DNA of 64,000 bases, from assembly GCF_001194135.2 (NCBI RefSeq), contig NC_068985.1:29217197-29281196 (forward strand), given 5' to 3'. A program made the translations under genes and the position numbers. The notes under the pieces were generated by a model, which was given only the letters and a program-made list of their open reading frames with translations, made no database searches and was not told the origin of the DNA. Every line of letters begins with the position of its first letter. Position 1 is the stretch's first letter. Below, in pieces: positions 12,969 to 22,503 of this stretch. The stretch comes from Octopus bimaculoides (taxonomy: Eukaryota).

Positions 12969-13408
12969 CTGCAAATAAAAGAGAAATTATTAGCATGGTC
13001 AACTGATTCTCTGATTCTGCCATTGTTATTAGTCACTGAAATGCAGTGATTCTAAGGGGACAATGTATGACAGAAAAAGTGGACATTGAATAATAGTGAA
13101 TAATGACTGACCAAAAAAAAAAGAAAGGAAAGACAAAACAGGATGTGAAGGGACATAACCAAGATGAATTGAAGTTCAAGTTAATTTCATACTGTTTTTG
13201 TGTTTTGTTAGGAAGGGCATCCAGCTGTAGAAACTCTGCCAAATCAAATTTGAGCCTGGTGTCGCCTCCTGGTCCACCAGTCCTCAGTCAAATCGTCCAA
13301 CCCATGCTAGCATGGAAAGCGGATGTTAAACGACGATGATGAATATTCTTGATGTGAATATTGAAGTTTTTCAATATTCTTGATGTGAATATTGAATATT
13401 GAATATTC

Positions 13409-13642
13409 AAGGTGGCGAGCTGGCAGAAACATTAGCAAGCCGGGCAAAATGCCTAGTGGTATTTTGTCTGCCGTTACGTTCTGGGTTCAAATTCCGCCGA
13501 GGTCGACTTTGCCTTTCATCCTTTCAGAGTCGATTAAATAAGTACCAGTTAATCACTGGGGTCGATGTAATCGACTTAATCCCCTTGTCTGTCCTTGTTT
13601 GTCCCCTCTATATTTAGCTCCCCTGTGGGTAATAAAGAAATA
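13409..13642 (+). mobile_element. SINE family D (Deu/Nin-domain-like: gtcgactttgcctttcatcctttc.gggtcgat.aa.taagtacc)
   Basis: tRNA head, central domain and aataaagaaata tail. Other copies at about 11345-11570(-), 17365-17590, 29655-29785, 29845-30080, 30430-30560 and 36745-36930(-). Confidence 0.82.
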
Positions 13643-13783
13643 AATATTCTTGATGTGAATTTGTGGGCTGAAACAAAACTGTTACATCTCAGGGAAATCA
13701 TTTTGCCAATCATATTAACACAAGCACAGCTTCAATTTCACTTCTTTATATTAGTCAATTAGTTCAGTATCTATCTAACTATA

Positions 13784-13966
13784 TACTGTATTTTAACATG
13801 TATAAGGAACCCTTGTGTATAAGGAACCCTCTAATTTTGGGGGCTTAAAATTTTGAAAAAAGTTTTTGTAAGGGATTATAATACTATCCATGTATAAGAA
13901 ACTCCACATTTTTTTAAGCTAATTTTTGACAAAAAAAGGTTTCCTTATACATGTTAAAATACAGTA
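13784..13966. mobile_element. MITE with TACTGTATTTTAACATGTATAAGGAA terminal inverted repeats
   Basis: TIR of about 27 bp in a TA context. Copies at about 39938-40100 and 52729-52896 (opposite orientation). Confidence 0.85.
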
Positions 13967-14159
13967 TATGTATGTGTGAGGATGTGTGTGTGTACGGTTA
14001 AGAAAACCGTTTATAGCAGACTCCAGCCAAGAAGATCTGAAGAAGGAATTGTAATTCCGAAATATCATCAGACTATAGATAACCAAATTACAACAGGTAT
14101 ATAGTCCATTTCTTGTTTTATAGTGCATTGTTGTACCATTCTAAACTTTTATTCTTTAC

Positions 14160-14200
<41 letters not shown>

Positions 14201-14323
14201 CAAACATATATAAAACTTTGAAATGCCCAATGATAAGCTGTTTCTTTGATTTAAAATTTAGTATTTGAGCAATTAAAAGGCCATACTGATTTACAGTTAA
14301 GAAGAAAAAAAATTGCAACTTAC

Positions 14324-14470
14324 GAGGGGACCATTTCCACCATCTGATATACTACAAGTATAAAGACACTTTTGATCTGGATGCCGTGTGCTTACGTACA
14401 ATCGGGTACTGCAGAAGCCAATGGGGTAAATATGTTCCTCAGTATGGAAATTTGGTCGATCAGGAACAAT
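14324..14470 (-). CDS. TBRG1: TBRG1 coding exon 5, IVPDRPNFHTEEHIYPIGFCSTRLYVSTRHPDQKCLYTCSISDGGNGPL (FYRN)
   Basis: 147 nt, phase 0/0, ccaatttcag and gtaagt boundaries. FYRN signature IYPxGFCSTR...CLYTCxIxDG. Not annotated as such in the supplied ORF track. Confidence 0.96.
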
Positions 14471-14853
14471 CTGAAATTGGAATATATATTAGGTAAGAAG
14501 CCTATTGGAAAGGCTGTGTTTGATGCATTTGGGAGAAGGGAGTATGTTGGTTTAGAATAAAGCAAGTAGATAAAGAAAGTGGGGGAAATAGGCCACAGAG
14601 AATAAAGTAAAGTAGATAGAGAAAGGCGAAAAGAAGATGTAAGGATGGAATAATTAAAGTAAGAATCCAGAGTTGAGGCTTCAAGCAGGAGAGGGTAGAG
14701 AACTCATGCAGAGTTAAATAGAAGATGGCAGAGAACACATTCATCATTTTCTAGATGGTAAGAAATTGGTTTAGATTGTCGCTGCCATTGAATTAATTTT
14801 CACCGTAAAGTTCAACTTTATCATCAAATATTGAATTTCTTTGAATGAATTTA

Positions 14854-15207
14854 ATTACCTCCACCTTAGCAAAGGCAGAGGTATTGTTTTCAGTCTTGTT
14901 TGTTTGTTTGTCCTTGGACAAGATATCTCAAGAACCACTGGATGGATTCGGATGAAACTTTCAGGGATGTTTGGCCTTGTGACTGGCACGAACTGATTAG
15001 ATTTTGGGATCAATCTGGTACCAGACAAGGGTCCTGGATTATTTTTCCGTGTTTTTACTTAATTTTTGAGAGTGGTTTTAGTATTCTTGTTTGTGAGAGC
15101 AGTTGAATTTATTTCAGATATTCTCATTTTAAAAATCATCTTCAGCTAATCATTAAGAGGATGTTGGTGTTGCCTTGGCAGAGGTTTGCGCTCTCTAAGT
15201 GTTCGTT
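14854..15207 (+). mobile_element. Non-autonomous Helentron/DINE-1-type element
   Basis: 5' attacctccacctt..aaggcagaggt short inverted repeat, internal (GTTT)n, and 3' ccttggcagaggtttgcgctctct end. This architecture is typical of HINE/DINE-1 elements. Confidence 0.7.
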
Positions 15208-15552
15208 TATTTTGAAATGTAATTTGGTGGTAAGGTTAGATCATTTCACAAATAATGAACATTTTCTTTCTAATATTGTTATACTGTTCTCTGTATTGCA
15301 TTCTTGAGCAAGGTACTTCATTTCATGTTGCTCCAATCTACTCAAACATAATGAGTATTAGCTAAGTGCTTGTGTTGTCTTCTTTCTCTCAAGCTATCAT
15401 ATCCTAGATATTTCATTGAATCAAAGGTGAAGGAGAGAGAGTCTCTACATCTGCTTGTAGTTGCACAGCCAGGTGCACAATGCAATAACAATACTTTAAC
15501 ACAAAGTAATAACAATCATATTAAAAGTTTTCATAAATGAGTTACTACTTAC

Positions 15553-15689
15553 TTCACCAAGGCTGTGAATTGTCAAGTCTCCAATGGATAATGGGAAAAC
15601 AGGTCGTCCTAAAGGATCTAGAGGAATTGGTGGCACTATCTTTTTGCTACTGGCTTGTGTTTTGGCCTTTTTAGGTTTCGATTTCTCTT
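15553..15689 (-). CDS. TBRG1: TBRG1 coding exon 4, EEKSKPKKAK...KKIVPPIPLDPLGRPVFPLSIGDLTIHSLGE (start of FYRN)
   Basis: cttatttcag acceptor and gtaagt donor. Matches recalled human KLVQPIALDPSGRPVFPIGLGGLTVYSLGE. Confidence 0.95.
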
Positions 15690-16134
15690 CTGAAATAAGA
15701 AACAACATGGTTTAAAAGCTACAGGTAAAGGAATAATCACCAGAGGTCAGTATTGATATGAATCAGATTGAACTGAAGATAGAACTGGTGTAATATTTTG
15801 TAGCATGTGATGAAGGATAGGAATTAGATGTTGTGGGTAGTAGCACTGATCATCAAGGGAAAATAAAGTAGTATGTGCCGGTGACATATTAAAAGCACCC
15901 AGGACACACTGTAAAGTGGTTGGCATTAGAAAGAGCATCCAGCTGTAGTGACTAGGCCAAATCAGATTGGAACCTTGTGCAGCTCTCCTGCTTGCCAGCT
16001 CTGGTCAAACTATCCAACCCATGCCAGCATGGAAAATGGATGTTAAATGATGATGATGATGATGACTGCAAGGTTGAAGTAGATATGATAGAATAACAAA
16101 GAGAAAGAAGCCCATTATTTATATATATGTATAT

Positions 16135-16570
16135 GTCCTGTGCTGGTGGCATGTAAAAAGCACCATTCGTGCATGATCATAGCCAGCATCACCTTACTGG
16201 CACATGAAAAACAACATTTGAGCGTGGTCGTTGCCAGTGCCACCAGATTGACTCCTGTACAGGTAGCACATAAAAAACACATTTTCAGCATGGTCATTGC
16301 CAGTGCTGCAGGACTGGCTCCTGTGCAGGTGGTATGTAAAAAACACCATTTTGAGCGTGGCTGTTGCCAGTACTGCCTGACTGTGCCGGTGGCACGTAAA
16401 AGCACCCACTACACTCTCGGAGTGGTTGGCGTTAGGGAGGGCATCCAGCTGTAGAAACTCTGCCAGATCAGATTGAAGCCTGGTGTAGCCATCTGGTTCA
16501 CCAGTCCTCAGTCAAATCGTCTAACCCATGCTAGCATGGAAAGCGGATGTTAAACAATGATGATGATGAT
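16135..16570 (+). mobile_element. RTE 3'UTR/tail copy with about 5 internal ~60-bp repeat units
   Basis: Conserved core ...gagtggttggcgttaggaagggcatccagctgtagaaac...ccaacccatgc.agcatggaaa.cggacgttaaacgatgatgat. About 20 further copies, e.g. 4645(-), 11760(-), 13205(+), 24520(-), 24925(-), 35455(+), 37878(-), 40665(+), 43975(+), 49340(+), 62185(+). Confidence 0.88.
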
Positions 16571-16646
16571 CCTGATAGCTTGCCAAGTCAGCCCCTTTAC
16601 TCTTAATCCTCTCTTATGTCTACGTAGATCATCAAAGTTATCTTAC

Positions 16647-16891
16647 CAAGTAACTCTGTAACTGTTTTCTTTCTTTCAGTGAGTTTCTTTTTCACTTTTG
16701 GCTTTGCAGGCACTGCTGGTGCTGCAGACGGTTCAGCAGGAACTTGCTGAGGAGTAGTAACAGCAGTGGGCACTTTGAGTATAGTAGGGTATGTAGTGGT
16801 GGTTGTAGTAGTTGTAGTAACTGGCATCTTAATGTTGGCTAATGTTGGGTCAGTCATAGATTGGAACTGGAGAAGCTTATGGAGTAGAAAC
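16647..16891 (-). CDS. TBRG1: TBRG1 coding exon 3, FLLHKLLQFQSMTDPTLANIKMPV(T)9YPT...KKTVTELL
   Basis: ttaactacag acceptor and gtaaga donor. Phase 2/1 fits both neighbours. FLLHKLLQFQS resembles human YLLKKLLQLQA. Confidence 0.9.
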
Positions 16892-17048
16892 CTGTAGTTA
16901 AAATAAAATTTTAAAACTTACGATAAACAAAGCCGAAGTAGTGACTTACGTTAAGGACTAATCTTCAGCTATATAAAACAGAAGGAACTTTATAATAATG
17001 AGTAAAAGAGATCAACCATTTTGTAAAAATATTTCTAATGAACTAACA

Positions 17049-17104
<56 letters not shown>

Positions 17105-18611
17105 AAGACTGAGTTTACAGGGTCTTGGCTTCCCAAGCGGTCGCTCACTTAGCTAATATCAAGGCTTTACATTTCTTAACTCTGGTGATTGGAGAAGAAT
17201 GTGTTCTCAATGTGAAGTACCTGTTGACAGATTGGATGAAGGATCAGCATCATGCAAATGTGAACAAACTCAAGATCATCCTGATGATATATGTCAATTA
17301 ATTTTGAAAAAAATAAAAAATCATTTAGGTATATTGTAAAATAATTGACTTTCTATTATTAAGCTGATGAATGTGGTGAGCTAGCAGAATCATTACTGTG
17401 TTGGACAAAATGCTTAGCAGCATTTCATCTGTCTTTACATTCTGAGTTCAAATTCTGCTAAAGGCAACTTTGCCATTCTTCCTCTTAGGGTCAATGATAT
17501 AAGTACCACTTGGAAACTAAGGTCAGTGTAATCAACTTGCCCACCACCCAACAAAATTTCAGGTTTTGTGCCTATAATAGAAAGGATTACTAAGCTGATG
17601 TTAGGAATTTAACTAAAAGAAAGATTCTAGCACAAAATTGTAAGATTTTAATTTATATGTGAACACTTTAAAATAATTTTTTTTTTATCATAGATCTAAA
17701 GGTAGCCACAGGCAGGTAGGTATCAAAAGAGTTGAATATTAATTTGCAGTTGAAATTTTGTTTGTATGCATAAAATGACTGCACATGTATACACAAGTTG
17801 TATTGGCCCAAACATATCACTATATACACTAAAACAAACCTTCCTTTCATTTTCTAAGCAGGTTAAATCTATTTCAGTTACCAGCTCAATGTCAAGACAA
17901 AATACTCACATACACATACATATATTTGTGTGTGTGTGTATCACCATTTATAGTCCACTCTGTAAGAAGGTTGTTGTTAGGAAGGGCTTCTAGCCATAAA
18001 AACTCAACCTGGTGCAGTCTTCTACTTAGCCAGCCCCTATCAAAATGGTGCATTAATGTGGCACCGGCATCTGAAAAGACAAGCCTGTACGTGTGGAAGG
18101 CAGCGATTTTACTTAGCTTGGCGCGTCTTATCAAGTATAGCAAATCGTTACACCCCCCAGTCCCTTGTCATTTCCTCAGTGAGGCCAAGCATCCAAAGAT
18201 CCTTTCCTACCACTTTGTCCCACGTCTTCCTGGGTCTACTCCTTCCACAGGTACCCTCCACAATTAGAGCTTGGCACTTTTTTACACAGCTGTCCTCAGA
18301 TTATTATTTGACTCAAAGATCCTCAGCACTACTGACAGAAAGCTACTCTAGACCAATGACTCACAGAGTGACCATCAGGCAACATTTTGTTTGGATTTCA
18401 TTTCCTGTATTTTCCGGTATACAAGTTGACGTAATATATAGTGTAAACATTTAAACATCATCACTGTCTTTCCAAATCCAGCTGCATTTCACATGGAGTT
18501 TTTAATCCTCCAAATTCATCTTGGTGTACAAGTCAATCTACTTCTCTTTGGGAGTAAATTTTTGTCAGAAAAATTTGACTTGTATGCTGGAAAATACAAT
18601 AACACACTTAC

Positions 18612-18682
18612 CTTCGTTCCTCCTTCACTTGTAAAACTTTCTCCTCTATTCTCACCACCTCATCACATATAGCTGCATTCAC
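18612..18682 (-). CDS. TBRG1: TBRG1 coding exon 2, VNAAICDEVVRIEEKVLQVKEER(R)
   Basis: ttttctag acceptor and gtaagt donor. Matches recalled human ENAAICDEIARLEEKFLKAKEERR. Phase 0/2. Confidence 0.93.
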
Positions 18683-18989
18683 CTAGAAAAAAAGGAGGAG
18701 GGGGATAAAATAAAATAAAAAACAAGAAAAATAAATCACATTAACACCAAAGTAATTTGAATAATAGTCACAAGCGTAACAGTGTGGTTAAAAAGTTCAT
18801 TTTACAATTCCATGGTTCTGGTTTAATCTCATTACATGGCGCCTTGAGGAAATCTTGTGTACTGTAAGTTCTGACTGACCATTATTTCATGAGAGAAATA
18901 ATTCGGTAACAGGAAACTGTGCAAAAGATTGCCAGATAAGTGTGTGTGTGTGTGTGTGTGATATTGTGCATATTGATATATGTGAGCTG

Positions 18990-19650
18990 TGAGTGTTGAA
19001 GACATACAAAGGTGTGAAAAAAATGAGGCCAGTATGTTATGCTGGATGGGTAATTTTAGAATGTATATACAACAGAGTGTACGTAATTCGAGAAAAAAAC
19101 TGGGTACATGGAGCCTCAGATGTGTGCAAGAAAGAAGACTGTGCTGGTACAGTCATATAATGCATATGAATAAAGACAGTTGCTTCAAGAAGTGCCAAGC
19201 TCTAATTTGTGGAGGGAACATGTGGAAGGGGTAGACCTAGGAAGACGTGGAATGAAGTGATAAAAAAGGATCTTCAGACATTGGATCTCACAGAAAGGAT
19301 TACAAGGGACCAAGACTTCTGGCGGTTTACTATACTTGAGAAGACACATCAAGCTACATAAATATGTGGTTGTCCTTGCAGACAGGCATATACCCTGCAT
19401 CCCACTTCAGCTGAGAGATCCTAATCTTACGAGTTTGTGGGTGCCAGTGGCACGTAAAAAGCACCTGTGCCCGCGTTGCGTGAAGGCTCCCAGTACACTC
19501 AGTAAAGCGTTGGCATTAGGAAGGGCATCCAGATAAGAAACCATGCAAAAACAGGCATGGAACCCAGGCAGCTCTCCAGTTAACCAGCTCCTGCCAAACT
19601 GTTCAACCCATACCAGCATGTAAAACAGATGTTAAATGATGATGATGATG
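18990..19650 (+). mobile_element. RTE LINE 3' fragment with tail
   Basis: EDIQRCEKNEASMLCWM...ERRLCWYSHIMHM followed by the conserved 3' end and (GAT)n. Confidence 0.85.
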
Positions 19651-20142
19651 TGTGTGTGTGTGTGTGTGTGTGTGTTTCTAGCAAATTACTTGGTGACTTC
19701 ACTGGTAATAGTGGCATATATATATATATATATATATGTCATCATCATCATTTAACATCCGTTGTCCATGCTGGTATGGGTTGGACAGTTTGAATATGCA
19801 GAAAGGCTGCACCAGGCTCCAGTCTGATTTGGCATGGTTTTCTACAGCTGGATGCTCTTCCAAATGCCAATCACTCTGAGAGTGTAATGGGTGCTTTTAC
19901 ATGTCACCGGCACAAGTACCATTTGTGTGATATATATATATGTACTGCAGAATCCTTTGTGTTCTGTTTTAATTTTACGTTTTTATATATATATATATAT
20001 ATATATNNNNNNNNNNNNNNNNNNNNNNNNNNNNNNNNNNNNNNNNNNNNNNNNNNNNNNNNNNNNNNNNNNNNNNNNNNNNNNNNNNNNNNNNNNNNNN
20101 NNNNNNNNNNNNNNNNNNNNNNNNNNNNNNNNNNNNNNNNNN

Positions 20143-20211
20143 TTTAATATCTTTTTTCATTTTCTTCCATTTTCTGAAGTAGTATTCACGGGAACCCTGG
20201 TCGGGAGCCAT
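20143..20211 (-). CDS. TBRG1: TBRG1 first coding exon (partial; 3' end lost in gap 20007-20142), MAPDQGSREYYFRKWKKMKKDIK...
   Basis: ATG at 20211 is in a gccATGg Kozak context, with an in-frame upstream TAG and an upstream acceptor (ttccatcag). The basic helix resembles the vertebrate TBRG1 N-terminus (EKYRLKYLRLRKAAK). Confidence 0.75.
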
Positions 20212-20699
20212 GGCAAATGCTCCCAACTATGGATGGCTGATGGAACAAAAGTAAAGAACATATTCTAAATGAACATTGTTACCATTCTACATGCTAACAC
20301 AATTCTCCACCATAAAATAGTTATCATCATCATGAAGACATCAAGTTGATAAAGGAAAATTATATGAAATGTAATTTGACAAGGTACAAGAACACTGACA
20401 CACAGACATCTCAAGAGTAAATACACACACCTCATTAAAAAAAAAAAAACGAGAGAGAAGAGTGCCGGGATTAATGGTTTCACATATATAAACACACACA
20501 CACACATACACGTTTAGAGGTACAAACGAAAGAAAAAGGACTCAATACATGTAGCTGGGTTTATTTATTCGGAAGAGGTTGATGATTTACTCCATCATTA
20601 CTCAGTTTTCCATTACGGCCGACCGTTTAAATATATAATTAGTAAGCACGAACATTAAGATTTAAACCGAAGTCAACTACGTCAGAATTTGAGGAACTT

Positions 20700-22121
20700 G
20701 GAACTTGGCAATGGAGGCACTGCGACAACTTTGTTTTCTTAAATTCCACTTATTTTTTCTCACATGAAAAGCAAAAGTAAACAGTTGTGAATGTTTCGCT
20801 ATTCTCTGGTTGAACTTAACGAGCCAACAAAGGAATCTCCCTTTAGTCAAAAATCTCACTGTATAAGTGATATTTTCTTCAAACAACACTCCTCTTGAAA
20901 AAGAAAAAAAATGGGCGGGGTGAAAAGTTAGGGGAACCCGGTATAAACTATGCCAGAAAGAAAAATATAAAAAAAGGACCCGATGGTCAAGATTGGAAAG
21001 CCTTTCATAAGCCGAGTTGTGGCTAAACATCAACTAATTATTTAATATCTGAAAAACTGTAATGATGCTTTTAAGAGCATTAGAAGGATGAAAATAGAGA
21101 ACTATCAAGTTTCTTAACATGCTTATTTTACAAACAAAAACAAGATAAATTGAATATGTATAGTGAGCCAACCTTTCTAAATTTTCCCAGCCTGATACCC
21201 CTTTATGTCTTATTTGCTTAGTTGATGTTTCGATTAGTCTCTGAAATTCTAACGAATCTAAGAACAATGTAAATACGATATCAACTTTTATTTTGATTGT
21301 AGATGGGATGGCTTGTTTATGGAAGGGATACATAGAGTGAGTTGATTTTTATAGATTGGGCAAAGTAAGTGCGAGTGAAATATTGGACATCAATGATCAT
21401 TCAATACGAAAGTAAATTACCATTACCAACGAAAGGTCAATAGGTACTCTATTTTGATTAGCATACCGGTATTTCTAGAAGACATAACTGAAATATATAT
21501 GTAAGTTGAATGTATACAGATTAACTGCTTATGATATACACTCGACAGTGATATATAAGCTGAAGAGAAAATAGTATCTCACAAATAATTTGAATTCATG
21601 CAGAGTAATGTTGAAGAAATAGAAATAATTAATATTTGTGAAATCTAACCTGGCTCCAATATTTCCAAACAAAACTGTCAAGGGAACTTCCGGTGTGTGT
21701 AATTATCTCCCTTGGTTGATATTTCATTTGGCTCCAGAATTATTAACATTAGGATATTTCTTGAAAGAATTTGGGATAAATTATTTTAGATAATTACTAG
21801 GCTTAATTTATCGATTAAATTAACAATAAACGAGACAGGTTAGGTGTGAAATCAATAATTTAAATGAGAGTTTAAATTTCAAACAGTAAAACAAAAATCT
21901 AAGAACATTCTTTTACAGTAATTTAGATCTATAATTTTGTTTCATCAACAGTAAAACCATCAACTGTAAAACGATATGAAAATAATAATGATTATAATGA
22001 TGAATATGCTATAACGATTTAAAAAATTTTAAACCAAATTTTAGATATTTTGGGTATCACCGCCGGTGTAAGTATAAAAAACTGTCCTGAGATGATTTAA
22101 GGTTAAGCAGTGTGGATCGTA
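20700..22121. promoter_or_regulatory. Putative bidirectional promoter between TBRG1 and SMG9
   Basis: Divergent start codons at 20211 (-) and 22122 (+). No recognisable repeats here, and CpG is locally retained. GC-box GGGCGGGG at 20913-20920 and ETS-type ACTTCCGG at 21686-21693. Confidence 0.6.
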
Positions 22122-22190
22122 ATGTCTGATCCGCTTGAGCGCGGCGATCGAGGAGGACGAAACAGACGAAGGCGCCGAGCTGGACGTAAG
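22122..22190 (+). CDS. SMG9: SMG9 exon 1, MSDPLERGDRGGRNRRRRRAGRK
   Basis: CpG-rich. ATG at 22122 and AAG|gtaaaa donor in phase 0. The Arg cluster resembles the human SMG9 N-terminus (GIERRRRWK). Confidence 0.82.
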
Positions 22191-22469
22191 GTAAAAATTT
22201 CCCCTTGAACAGTATTTTTTTAAAACATGTCTTTTTCGTTACTGACAATAACAGTATATTTAATTGAGAAAATACTCCATGTTCTGCAAATCTAAATGAT
22301 TGCACGTAATCTCTTCCTGCAATACGTATGTTTTCATTCTTAAATATGGTATTTTCTTTCCTCCCAGAAAACACGTCAGTTAATTTTTTTTTCATTTATT
22401 GTTAGTTGGCATTTTAAAAAGAAAGCATTTCTTTTCTTAAAAAAAGACGGGCAATTCTAAATATTCTAA

Positions 22470-22503
<34 letters not shown>

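Noticed and set aside
16135-16410. Regularly spaced repeats resembling a CRISPR array
   Set aside because: Eukaryotic context, degenerate tandem units without unique spacers, and part of an RTE 3'UTR.
20677-21033. 118-aa minus-strand ORF upstream of TBRG1
   Set aside because: No recognisable homology, not in frame with any exon, and lies in promoter/5'UTR sequence.
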